A stretch of DNA of 64,000 bases from Octopus sinensis (lineage: Eukaryota), in contig NC_043008.1 of NCBI RefSeq assembly GCF_006345805.1, positions 48,794,001 to 48,858,000 on the forward strand. Direction: 5' to 3'. Under the pieces are notes generated by a model. That model ran no database searches and had not been told where the DNA came from. It saw only the letters and a program-made list of their open reading frames with translations. The position numbers and the translations under genes were made by a program. This document shows, one piece after another, positions 37,955 to 50,547 of the stretch (positions are counted from its first letter, which is position 1; the number at the start of each line of letters is the position of its first letter).

Positions 37955-39570
37955 GTAGAGGTAGGGGTCCACCAAGGTTCAGTCCTCAGCCCCCTCCTAT
38001 TTATCATAGTCCTCAAGGCAATAACAGAGGAATTCAAAACAGGATGCCCCTAGGAGCTCCTCTATGCTGATGACCTTTCTCTAATTGCTGAGTCACTATC
38101 AGAACTAGAGAAGTTTCAGGTGTGGAAACAAGGATTAGAATCGAAGGGCCTAGCTAAAACCAAAGTCCTAATAAGTAGGAAGGCAGGCAAACCACAAATC
38201 CTTTCAGGTAAATGGCCCTGCTTGATCTGTAGAAAAGGCGTAGGTAGAAACTCTATAAGATGTACCCAGTGTAAGTTATGGACACATAAGGGGTGCAGTA
38301 ATATCAAAGGAAGTCTAACTGGGAAGATAGTTTTTGCATGTGGCAGATGCTCGGGAGTGATAAACACTGAAAATGTGCAGACAACAACTTCTGCCACATT
38401 CCAGGGAGAAAAACTAGAAGTAGTTGATAGCTTCCGTTACCTAGGTGACCAAGTCAGTAGCGGGGGAGGGTGCACTGAAAGTGTAACTGCTAGAATAAGA
38501 ATAGCCTGGGCAAAGTTCAGAGAGCTCTTGCCTCTGCTGGTGACAAAGGGCCTCTCGCTCAGTGTAAAAGGTAGACTATATGATGCATGTGTATGAACAA
38601 CCATGCTACATGGCAGTGAAACATGGGCGGTGACTACTGAGGACATGCATAAGCTTGCAAGGAAGGAAGCCAGTATGCTCCACTGGATGTGTAATGTCAG
38701 TGTGCATACATGACAGAGTGTAAGTGCATTGAGAGAAAAGTTGGATCTAAGAAGCATCAGATGTAGTGTGCAAGAGAGACGACTGCACTGGTGTGGTCAT
38801 ATGGCGAGAATGGATGAGGATAGCTGTATGAAAAAGTGCCACACCCTAGTGGTTGAGGGAACCTGTGGTAGAGATAGACCCATGATGAGGTAGTGAAGCA
38901 CGACCTTCAAACATTAGGCCTCACTGAAGCAATGACTAGTGACGGACACCTTTGGAAATATGCAGTGCGTGAGAAGACCCGGCAAGCCAAGTAAGACCAT
39001 AACCTCATGGCCTATGCCAGGGGTGTAACCAGCCCACTTATGTGTACCTTTCTTTTATTGGACAATAAACTCTGTTTGCGAAGACCTGTTGAGGCAAGTG
39101 AAATCGAAATCAAATCAAATTTGTGAATTCAATGACTGGCATCCATGCCAGTGGAGCGTTAAGAGCACCATCTAAGCGTGATCGCTGCCAGAGCAACTGA
39201 CTGGCTTCTGTGCCGATAGCACATTCAAAGCACCATTCAAACCTGATCGTTACCAGCGTCGCCTTACTGGCACTTGTGCTGGTGGTACGTGAAAAACATT
39301 CGAGCGAGATCATTGCCAGTGCTGCTGGACTGGCTACTGTACAGGTGGCCTGTAAAAAAACCACTTGAGCGTGGCCATTGCCAGAACCGCCTGACTGGCA
39401 CGTAAAAGTACCCACTACACTCTCAGAGTAGTTGGTGTTAGGAAGGGCATCCAGCTGTAGAAACTCTGCCAGATCAAGATTGGAGCCTGGTGCAGCCATC
39501 CGGTTCACCAGTCCTCAGTCAAGTCATCCAGCCCATGCTAGCATGGAAAGCGGACGTTAAACGATGATGA
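37955..39570 (+). mobile_element. 5'-truncated, decayed RTE-like LINE: RT C-terminal half, long 3' UTR and (GAT)n tail
   Basis: GVHQGSVLSPLLF, then LLYADD (38063-38074), a C4HC3 finger, VDSFRYLGD and RLHWCGHMARM, with in-frame stops. It continues through a UTR with degenerate units related to the 66-bp repeat and ends in GGACGTTAAACGATGATGA. Confidence 0.88.
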
Positions 39571-39586
39571 GTGTGTATGTGTACGC

Positions 39587-39619
<33 letters not shown>

Positions 39620-40851
39620 CATGCCTGTAGAAAAGGCATGGGTAGAAACTCCATACGATGTACCCAGTGTAAGCTATGGACTCATAAAAGGTACTGCAAT
39701 ATCAAAGGAAGTTTAACCGGGAAGATATGCTTGAAAAGACCTGTTGAGTCAAATTAAACCAAGATCATAGCTGTGGCCAGTGCACCCTGACTGGCTCCCA
39801 TTCTGGTGGCACATAAAATGCATCATCCGAATATGGTTGATGCCAGGTCCGCCTGACTGGCTCCCATGCTGGTGGCACGTAAAAAGTACCATCCAATCAT
39901 GACCGATGCCAATATCCCCTGACTGGCTTCCATGCCAGTGGCACGTAAAAAGCACTATCCAGACGTGATCGATGCCAGGCCTGCTTAACTGGCTCCTGTG
40001 TTGGTGGTACATAAAAAGCACCCACTACACTCTGAGAGTGGTTGGCGTTAGGAAGGGCATCCAGCTGTAGAAACATCGCCAGATCAGATGTGTGTGTGTG
40101 TGTGTCCTCATCATCAACCTTTAATGTCTGTTTTCCTTGCTGGCATGGGTTGGATGGTTTGACCAGAGCTGGCAAGCCAGAAAGCTGCACCAGGTTCCAG
40201 ATGTCTGTTTTAGCATGGTTCCTACGGCTGGATGCCCCTCCTAATGCCAAACACTTTGTAGAGCATACTGGGTGCTTTTTATGTGGCACTAACACCAACA
40301 GGGTCACCAAGAACCTTGCAAGGCAAAATCCCTTCAACTGGGACAGGGTAATAGTATTAGGTGAGGGTGGCCTTATGTCATTTCAGAGATTAAAGGCATA
40401 GCAGGAACAGAAATAGGGGCCCTGCTGTAGAGTAGATACATGGATACTCCAGTTGGAAAAAGAAGGAGAGTGAGTTGGAGAAGAAGCTAAAGAGAGTGAT
40501 AAAAAGAGAGAGATGGTGGCAAGGATGTGTTGGAGGCTTCGAGGGATATTGGGGGTAGTGTCAAGAACAGGTGAGGGTGATATAGGGCTTTGGACTGGGT
40601 GAGTGGGTAGGATTGAGGTGGCTAGCAAATGATGGAGAGAAATATAGGAGATACTCAGGGGCAAGGACTGTGTTAGGTATGTGAGGGCATTGAGAGTGAT
40701 AGCAAACAAGCAAGGTGTTATATATATCTGTCTGTCTGTCTTTCTTTTTTTACTTGTTTCAGTCATTAGACTGTGGCCATGCTGGAGCACTGCCTTGAAT
40801 TTTTAACCGAATGGATCAACCCCACGACTTAATTATTATAATTATTTTCAG

Positions 40852-40956
40852 GAAAAGCATACCAAACAGCATGTGGGCCTTTATTACACCATCCCTGATG
40901 CAGATGTGAAAAAGTGTTTTGAAACGAAAGGTCTTTCCATAGTCTATCAGAAACAG
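40852..40956 (+). CDS. DAP3: DAP3 coding exon 2
   Basis: ttttcag|...CAG|gtaaga, 35 codons EKHTKQHVGLYYTIPDADVKKCFETKGLSIVYQKQ, aligning with DAP3 AKHGDQHEGQHYNIS...RFVMQ. Confidence 0.85.
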
Positions 40957-43900
40957 GTAAGATGTTCTTTCTTCATTCATATTGAAACTCAGCATCTTCA
41001 TCATTGTCCTTCTAGTTCCCAGTTTTCAAATGGTTACCAGGATTCTCAATGACCTTACACCATCTTTTCAGCAACAGCCCCTCCTCCTCCTCCAAACACA
41101 TTATTGCTGCCATTAAGATTTGAAATTAGCCTTAAGAATTTCAGTACACCTCCCTTTGTTTCCTCATACCTTGGTATTCTATTTGTGATTTGCATGAAAA
41201 TATTGGGTGAAAGGGAGAAGACGGCTGAATTGGCAGACAGAGTAGCTCTGGTCATAAATTAGTTAATTCATGCCCACAGGTTGGTATAACTGAATTGTTA
41301 ATGAAGGAAATGAGGACATTAAAAGAGAGTTTTTGGCATTCATGCCTTTCTCAAAGTCATTTGCTATGGCAACGGAATCAAATGGCTGCAGTCAGTAAAT
41401 CCAAAGGTGTTATAGCCTTGAATCCATCAACAGTGACAGGAGGATATCAACAGTATTTTCTATTCAACATGTGTGTGTGTGTGTGTGTGAAAAAAAAGCA
41501 CATGCGCTTGTGCCATATACAAAGCACCCATACTGGTTTTGCACATAAGGCACCCACACTGGTGCCATGTATAAAGCACCCTGTACCCTATGATAAGTGG
41601 TTGGTGTTAGGAAGAGCATGCAGCCCTAGAAACCATGCCAAAATAGACAATTGGGACCAGGTGCAGCTCACAGGCCTTTCCAGCTCCCATAAAAACAATC
41701 AATCCAACCCCTACCATCATGGAGAACAGTTGTTAAATGATGATGATGATGGTATGTAAGTATGTGTGTGTGTGATAGATTGCTATAGATTATGTTATTA
41801 GTCAAAGTTTCAAATCTTTAAGGGTTCAGTGATAAATGCAATTGAGAATGTTTGAGAATATTTTGCCCTTATGGTTGGGTGATCTACACCCACCACATCA
41901 CCGCTCTCCTGCTAACTTCCTTCCCTACACTGCAGTGCTTTCCATTTTGCCTCCAGAAATTCATTGATAGCTTTTTAGTTTCAACATTGAAGTCTCACTG
42001 GTCTTGGATTCTGACCCGCAAAGGTCATGGACTTCACCAATAACTCCTTTGCCGAACATGGCACAAGCCCAACAATTTTGAGGGCAGTCATATGCCAATT
42101 ACATTGCCAACCCCAACCCCTGCTTGATTGGTACTTATCTTATTGACCCCAAAAGGATGAAAGGCAAAGTCGACTTTGGCTGAATTTGAACTCAGAACAT
42201 AAGGTTGGATGAAACACCAGTAAGCATCTTACCTGACGAGTTAACGATTCTGCCAGCTTACTGCCTTCTTTTTGGCTAACTTATTAAAAAACTGAAAAAG
42301 ACAACTCTTTTACTTTAAGCATATAATGGTTTCTTTACCATTTTACATCAAAGCTATAAGTTTCTATAGACCTACAGCTTGGCCACATCCATGGCAGCAT
42401 TCTTTGGAAGTTCAATTGGCAGCTCTGGAATCTGATTTGATTCCATTAATTAAAACATTTTGTGCCAGTGTTTTCTTCTCTACCCACAGGTTGACTAAAG
42501 TCTTCTGAATGGAATTTGGTCTGGAGAAATTGTATGGAAGCCCATTGTAGAGTCCCTTCTTGCATTACCTTCTACCTGTTACTCGCTTCATCATTGGATT
42601 GCATCTATCCTGGGCCACCACCTTGAAGTTTTAGTCAAATGAATAGATCCCGGGGACATAAACGCACCAACACTGAATGTCAAATGCTGCTAGAACACAA
42701 ACTCAGATACAAAGACACACACACACACACACACACAAAATATATGATATCCTAAAACCATGGTGCCCTGTAAAAAGCATTGGTATTGGTGCTGGTCACA
42801 TAAAAAACAGCCAGTGGAGCACTCTGTGAAGTGGTTGGTGTTAAGAAGAAGGAGGTGGAGAGAAAAATGGCCAAGTTCAAGCACATCATAAGGGTAAAGT
42901 TACCCAACAACGTGTACCCAGAGTGTGTGAAGGCCATGGTGGTCGATAGGGAAACCTATAAGAAACTTAGAGACATGTGCGGGTGTAGAATTGACCCAGC
43001 TGGAGCATTGGTGGAATTCAATGAGCTGCCACCAGGGGTTGATTTGTTAGAACTTGAGCAGTATATGAGACGTTAAAAGGACAAAAAATTAATTACTTGT
43101 TATTTAAGGGGAAAAAAAAAGGAAAAAGTTTTTGAAAAAAAAAACGATAATTAAGAAAAAAACAACAGATAGTGACCATGTGTACAAACATTCAGATGGT
43201 ACTGCATGAGGAGTGGGGCCCATGTAGCCATTCATCTTTCATTTTTATATAATATTCATACTCATTCATTTTGTGTTTTTTGTCGCTACTGTGGTGATGT
43301 GTCTGTCCTTGTAGTGTCCCGTCTGTCTTAGTGGCCTGAGTGCCAAAATAAAGAAAATGTTAAGGAAGGGCATCCAGCTGTGGAAACCAAATGCTCGAAA
43401 TACAAGAGTAGAAAAACAGCCAACGACTGATGAAGGGTCGTTCTTTATGCTGTTTGTTTTGCTTTCCATTTGTGTCTTTCATTGTTCAAGAAAATAGTTC
43501 ATATTCCATGTACTCGTGCTTCATAAATTTTGTGGTACTCGTTTTGTGATATCCTGTGCCCACATATGCATATATATATATACATACACACGTATAGCTA
43601 TAAGTATGTACATATACGTATGTATATATGCATATATGTATATTATTTATATTATATATATATATATATCTGTTCGCTTTTGTCTGTCTTAGGTTGTTCA
43701 TAAATAAGTTATGTACAATTTAGATTTGAAAATCTTAATGTTTATGATATATAACTAATTAATCTTTGTGTGTGTTTGTTTAGCCTGTATTGTATTAATT
43801 ATGTATTCATTAAGGATTTGAGCCTTTTGACTGAGTCATAGGTGGTGGTGAAGGTTGGTGTGGAGGTGCTGGCAAGAAATGTGGTGGTGAAATGGTGTGT

Positions 43901-44825
43901 AGGGAGAGGCCAGGTAAACAGCCAGAGGGTAGAGGGACAGCTGAGCTGACAAAAGTTAACAAACCATGATGCAGGTGAGGTATTTTGGGGTAAGAGGAGG
44001 GCAGCCAGGAAATTAATGGGGCATGACTCTGCCTGTGTGTGTGAGAGAGAGACTGCTCACACACACTCACTCACACACAGACACACACACAGACAGACAC
44101 ACACACACACACTGCTTATTTGGACAATGAGATTAATTGAATAAATAATCCTATGAAATGAAAGGTGTATAAGTAGAGATTGAGATGAGAATAGAATGAA
44201 TGGTGGGTTTCTTTTTATTTTATCATTATTATTATTATTATTACTGAAGGAATAGGGGCCAGGCTCTTGGACAGGGGCTTATGGTTAACTGTACAGGTCC
44301 AGAGGATGATGACAGTGTAGTTAATGTGGGTGACACCAGTGCAGTTGACGTGGGCGACTGATGATGGTGGTGGTGGTGGAGGCAAGTTGATGCAGTCAGT
44401 GAATGAAAAGCTTGTTCTCAGGGAAGGAAAAAGCGGGAAAAGCATTTCTTATCATCTCTCAACTCTATTATGTTACTGTAGACGTATCTTTTGGGATTGC
44501 TGTGATATTATTGTAAATACATCACTGTAAACACTTCTGACACGGGACTTAAGTTTATTACATTAGTTAATTAAACAGTTTAAATTCGTCCCATGACCAG
44601 CCTCCTTGCTGTGACCATCTCGGTCATAACTCGAGTCTTATGTTGGTGTAAGTTTTACACCTTCAAACATATGGTCACCGTTTTAAAGATGAAGGCAAGT
44701 TTGTTGAGAGATATTTGGCTGCTATGTTGTGCAGATCAATTGTATAAGTTGCTTATTTCCCTCGGGTGGTTGTGGATGGAGGTGTCTACAATCTCCCTCC
44801 CTCTTTTTCTCCTCTGTTGTTGCCT

Positions 44826-45145
44826 ATCTATCTATCTGTCTATCTATCTACCTATCTATCTATCTGTCTCTGTGTTTGTCTTTGTCTCCCTCTCTCTATT
44901 CTCTGTATATATGTGTGTGTGTGTGTGAATACGCGCACACACACACACATGTATGCGGATAGATAGAAAGATAGATAGATAGATAGACAGATAGACAGAC
45001 AGATAGTCAAACAGACAGACAGATAGACAGACAGACAGGCAGACAGACAGACAGATAGACAGACAGATATATAGACAGACAGATAGATAGATAGACAGAT
45101 AGACGGAGAGATAGACAGACAGATAGATAAACAGACAGACAGATA
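44826..45145. repeat. (CTAT)n and (GACA/GATA)n tetranucleotide repeats
   Basis: Seen directly in the sequence. Confidence 0.9.
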
Positions 45146-45693
45146 GTTTTCCAAGTACATGGCTTTGAGTTCAGTCCCACTGTATGCTACTTTTGGATAG
45201 AGTCTTATAATAAAGCCCCAGGCCTACAAAAGCCTTATAAATATACTTAGTAGACAGAAACTAAAAGAAGCCCATCGTGTGTGTGTGTGTGTCTCCTTGT
45301 CTTAACAGAATATGTGGATTGTGCCACTGGCATTCAGGCATTGCCCTTCACTGCCAATGTTCTGTGAAAATATGTCTAGCCATGGAACACAATATTACCC
45401 TTCCCTTGTTTGCAAGTGAAGGGTGGTGATAGGGAGGACATCTGGTGGCAAAAAATGTGTCTCCACAAATTCTCTGTGATGCATGCAAGCCTGGAAACGG
45501 GGACATAGAAATGATGATGTGTGTGTGTGTTCCCTTACCTGCTCTTCTATTACCTGTTAAGTTTTGTAGTTGAGGACACAATAAAGCTCATTGTTAATAA
45601 AAGCCTATAAAATCTTGACTGATTTACCTGAATAAGGTCAACACCTTACTGGCTCCTTCCTTCCTTGTCATTCCTACAGCAGCAGCAACAAGT

Positions 45694-45892
45694 GGAGGCG
45701 CAATAGCCCAATGGTTAGGGCAGCGGAATCGCAGTCGGAGGATTGCGGTTTCGATTCCCAGACCGGGCGTTGTGTGTGTTTATTGAGCGAAAACACCTAA
45801 AAGCTCCACAAGGCTCCAGCAGGGGGTGGTGGCGACCCCTGTTGTACTCTTTCACTCCAACTTTCTCTCACTCTTTCTTCCTACTCAACCGC
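45694..45892 (+). mobile_element. tRNA-derived SINE family C
   Basis: A box TAGCCCAATGG and B box GGTTTCGATTCC, followed by a non-tRNA body and a CT-rich tail. No complete cloverleaf. Confidence 0.7.
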
Positions 45893-46684
45893 TGAGCCTG
45901 GATGCGCATTCATCTATCTGTTGATGCTCTCAGTGTCGGGGGTTGACCTGCTTTCTCTTCTGTGGTTCTTACGAATAGCAAAGGACCACGTTTCGGACTT
46001 CTCCCACCATGGACAAAGACCGCTACGCTCAACAGCAACAACAACAACAACAACATCATAACTATGATTGTCCTTTATTAACATAGATCTTATTACCATC
46101 TTTAGATGGTTCGTTTTAGTCATATTCTGGAGAAGAGGAATTGTGTTGTTTTTCGCTCTGCTAAAGTAGACAAATGGTACAAGGCATTCCAGTTGTGACC
46201 AACCAGTCCTTTGTAAAATTATGTACAACTAGAGTGTGTTGTTCCCTTATTTAAGAACCTGGTATAAATGCTTAACCCACCTCCATTAACATGTTCCTAT
46301 CTTACCCCTTCAAATATCGGCATCCCCAAATAAGAGATTAAGATCCAGTGTTATCCTAACCATGGCCACTCCATAGAATAGTTATTTCATCTCTCAAATT
46401 AACACCATCTTCTCTTCATGTTTTGTACACGTCACACCGTGTATGTACAATTTTTCTTTTACTTTTTAAAACACCTTGATTTGTTTCACAAGAAAACTAC
46501 TTACAACATGGCATTTTGAGTCTGTTGTGTTGCCCTGTTTAGTTGTCCTTTTCTATTGATTAATATTGATCTCTCCCTCCCTCTGCCCCCTCCCTCTCCC
46601 ATGTTCACTGCTGCCACTTTTCAATGCATAATTACAATCTTTTTTTTTCTTTTTTTTTCCTATCTCTTTATTTTTCTCCTTCAG

Positions 46685-46793
46685 TGCCAACTGTTTCGTG
46701 AGACTAGTATTATGGTGAGGCAACCAGCTTTGGAAATTATTGACTACATCAAGAATGCCAATTACGACCATCCCGTACTCAGACTTATGCTTT
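46685..46793 (+). CDS. DAP3: DAP3 coding exon 3
   Basis: Encodes CQLFRETSIMVRQPALEIIDYIKNANYDHPVLRLML, versus DAP3 [24 protein letters not shown]...IRYLL. Ends in phase 1 at T|GTATCCTTT. Confidence 0.93.
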
Positions 46794-48344
46794 GTATCCT
46801 TTGTCTTTCACTTATTTCTTCACATGCCTCCCTAGAAATATGGTTTAGCGGTTCACAAATTCACTTGGGATCAGCAAAATATTGCTTCGGTTTATTTGCA
46901 GCTGAAGGACACATTGTGAAGTTGGCCGTTACTTTTTACAATGTTAAATATTTAACATCGTCAGACTCCCTTCAGCAGGAGAACACAGATGGTGTAGTTA
47001 CTGTTAATATTAATACCCATGTGAAAATACTACATTTAGAAATCAATATTTATATTAGAAATCAATATTAATACTATTGGAGGGCATTGAGTTGGCAAAA
47101 TCAATAGATTGCTGTTAAAATGGCTTGTGGTACAGAGAAATAATCCTTAACATTCTGTGTTCAAATCTCACTAGGGCCTTCTTTACCTTTCATTATCCTG
47201 GGTACATACAATGCCATTGATGTTCTGGCTTTGGGTTAATCACCTTTTCTTCTCTACCAAATTGAGGTGTTGTACTTGGGTTAGAAACCAATTCTCTAAA
47301 AGACAGTGAATGGAAGAATCAGCCGAGTTTCTGGCACAATGTCTTGTGCTATTTCTGTTCTTTTACATTGAGAGTTCAAATTCCACCAAGGCATTTACAA
47401 CAAGTGTTCCAATTGATCCAATCAACAGAACATCCAGCTGGTGAAATTAACATGCAAGTGGCTGAGTACTCCACAGACATATGGACACAGGATGTGACAA
47501 AGCTGGCCCCTTTGAATTAAAGATATAACTCATTATTCCCAGCTGAGTGGATTGGAACAGCAGGAATTGAACTTGTAAACTCACAATCTATTACTTTGTT
47601 GCCCACAAGGGGCTAAACACCGAGAGGACAGACAAATGGATTACGTCGATTACATCGACCCCAGTGCATAACTGGTACTTATTTAATCGACCCCGTAAGG
47701 ATGAAAGGCAAAGTTGACCGTGACAGAATTTGAACTCAGAACGTAGTGGCAGACGAAATACTGCTAAGCATTTCGTCCGGCGTACTAACAGTTCTGCCAG
47801 CTCGCCGCCTCACAATCTCACAATCATGAGCTGAAAGCGCTAAGCACTAAGCAACATACCTTCACTCCATTGCAGAACTGTAATACCCTAATGTTTGTTT
47901 TGATGAAACTGCATTGCACAACCTCAATTTCTTTCATTATATATCGAAATTCTTGTATTAATCTGAAGTCAAGAACATCCACTCATTTGATGTATTGAAT
48001 TTCATGACACAAAGTTCTGAGTTGAAAAGCTTATCAAAGTTCATTATTTACATTTGACGGATATTTATCGTCATCTTGTTTGTTGTTAACACAACGTTTT
48101 GGCTGATATACCCTCCAGCCTTTATCAGGTGTCTTGGGAAAATTTCAAACCTGGGTTCTCATTCCTAAGGTATTTTTCAATGTTATTATTGTTATTATTG
48201 CCTTTGCACAGCTTCTAATGCTGGCGATGTACTATGGTGACAGCTGTTCACTACCAGTGAACTAAGGTAATACCTCTTATTTTCCAAGCACCTTCCAGAA
48301 TTATTATTATTATTATTATTATTGTTATTATTAATATTATTCAG

Positions 48345-48905
48345 TAGTTTTATTTTTATAGCGTGCTTTCACTTCACTACCGAGTGCAGCTCTGTGTGCC
48401 TTGGGTATGTGTTGTGATTTGTTGTGATTCTCTGATGGTTATTGTATGGAAAGTGTTCTGCGTAGGATGTGTGCAGTGCCTAGTAGTGCAATTTTCTGTA
48501 TGTTATATGTGTTTGTAAGTCCTGGTGTTTTTGTTATGTATTTGTCTGAATATTTTTTTATCATGCCTAATGCACCTACTATGATAGGAATTGTTTCTGT
48601 TTTTAGATTCCACATCCGTGTTACCTCTATTTCCTGGTCTTTGTATTTTGAAAGTTTCTCCATTTCTTTTAGAGACACATTGTCATCTGCTGGCATTGAT
48701 ACATCAATTAGAAAGCATTTTTTTTTTCTTTATGATCTCTAACAACTATATCTGGCCTATTGGCCTTAATTTCTCTGTATGTATTGGCATATCCCAGAGC
48801 ATGGTTGCTTTCTCGTTTTCTGTGACCTTTTCTGGTGTGTGCCTATACCATCTTTTTTCTGTTGTTATTCCATAATGTTGGCATAGCTTCCAGTGTATGT
48901 AGCTC
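48345..48905 (-). mobile_element. R4/Dong-like non-LTR retrotransposon 3' end (restriction-like endonuclease domain)
   Basis: Minus-strand translation shows KANRPDIVV...FLIDVSMPADDNVSLKEMEKLSKYKD...RMW...IPIIVGALG, a PD-(D/E)xK endonuclease. The 3' end abuts (TAA)n at 48298-48345. Confidence 0.8.
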
Positions 48906-50049
48906 CCATTATTCATCATCATTATCGTTTAACATCCACTTTCCATGCAAGCATGGGTTGGACGATTGACTGAGGGCTGGTGAACTAGATGGCTGCACCA
49001 GACTTCAATCTTGATCTGGCAGAGTTTCTACAGCTGGATGCCCTTCCTAATGCCAACCACTCTGAGAGTGTAGTGGGTGATTTTACATGCTGCCGGCACG
49101 GGGGCCAGTCAGGCGGTACTGGCAATGACCTCGCTTGAATCTTTTTACACATACCACCGGCACATACCACGATCACGCTCAAATGGTGCCTCTTACCTGC
49201 CACCAGCACGGAGGCCAGTTAGCCACTCTGGCAACGATCACGCTCGGATGGTGCTCTTGGCACGCTACTAGCACGGGTACAAGTGCCAGTAAAGCAACGC
49301 TGGTAACAATCACACTCAAATGGTGCCTTTTAAGTGCCACTGGCATGGAAGCTGGTTAGCTGCTCTGTCAACGATCACGCTCGTATGGTGCTCTTTGCAC
49401 CCCGCTAGCACGGATGCCAGTCATTGAATTTGATTTTGTATTCTTCTTCTTATTATTATTATTATCAGACTCAGGATCTTGAAGTTAGTAGCCTGCTCTC
49501 TTAACCACAGTGGTTAAGAGCACGTGCTACTAACCCCAAGATTCCAGGCAGTGACCTGAACAACAATAATAATAATAATAACATTGAAAAATACCTTAGG
49601 AATGAGAACCCAGGTTCGAAATTTCCCCAAGACACCTGATAAAAGCTTGGAGGGTATATCAGCCGAAATGTTGTGTTAGCAACAAACAAGATGAGGACAA
49701 ATAGCTGTCAAATGTAAATAATGCAAATAATTCCTCATCTCTTAAATATAGAACTGTCTTATCAAAGTTAATTTACCTTTGGAGAAATTACTAATCCTCT
49801 GGTTTAATTAGTTCATCTACTATTCTCCTCCTCCTCATTATAATCATTTTGGTGCCACATATAAAACACCTGTGCTGGTACCATGTAAAAAGCACCCAGT
49901 ACACTCCATATAGTGGTTGGCATTAGGAAGGGAATCCAGCTGTAGAAACTGTGCAAATACAGACAAATGGGGTTTGGCGTAGCTCTCTGGATTGCCACTC
50001 CTGTCAAACCATCTAACCCATTTCAGCATGGAAAATGGATATTAAATGA

Positions 50050-50547
50050 TGGAGATATGCTGTGATTGCAAAGACCCGGGCTGCTTCCTGCACCAGTTTC
50101 GCATAGCCCCAGCCCATCCAAAGTACCTTGGATTGCAGAACGACCTGCTGTGCTTGCCTTGGATCGTAGGGTGACCTGCTGTTCCTGAGGAGACCTATTG
50201 AGTCAAGTACATCAATATCAAAATAAATATCAAATGGAAATTGTAGTTACGATACCTGTGCCAGTGGCACGTAAAAAGCAGCATCCGAACGTGGCTGATG
50301 CCAGCACCACCTTGACTATCTTCTGTGCCGGTGGCACGTAAAAAGCACCAACCGATCGTGGCCGCTGCCAGCCTCCCCTGGCACCTGTGCCGGTGGCATG
50401 TAAAAAGCACCCACTACAATCATGGAGTGGTTGGCGTTAGGAAGGGTATCCAGCTGTAGAAACACTGCCAGATCAGACTGGAGCCCAGTGCAGCCTCCTG
50501 GCTTCCTAGACCCCGGAAAACGGACATTAAACGATGATGATGATGAT
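50050..50547 (+). mobile_element. 5'-truncated LINE 3'UTR copy (similar copies at 1-140, 17400-17590, 20480-20810, 35330-35930, 48920-49440, 57110-57390, 58700-58985, 60500-61015, 63800-64000)
   Basis: Shares the terminal block TAGGAAGGGCATCCAGCTGTAGAAAC...CCAACCCATGCYAGCATGGAAA...(GAT)n and the internal GTGGCAYGTAAAAAGCACC units with 39100-39570. Confidence 0.8.

Noticed and set aside
45694-45770. tRNA gene
   Set aside because: It has A and B boxes but no proper acceptor stem, and it runs into a SINE body. The same holds for the other tRNA-like heads.
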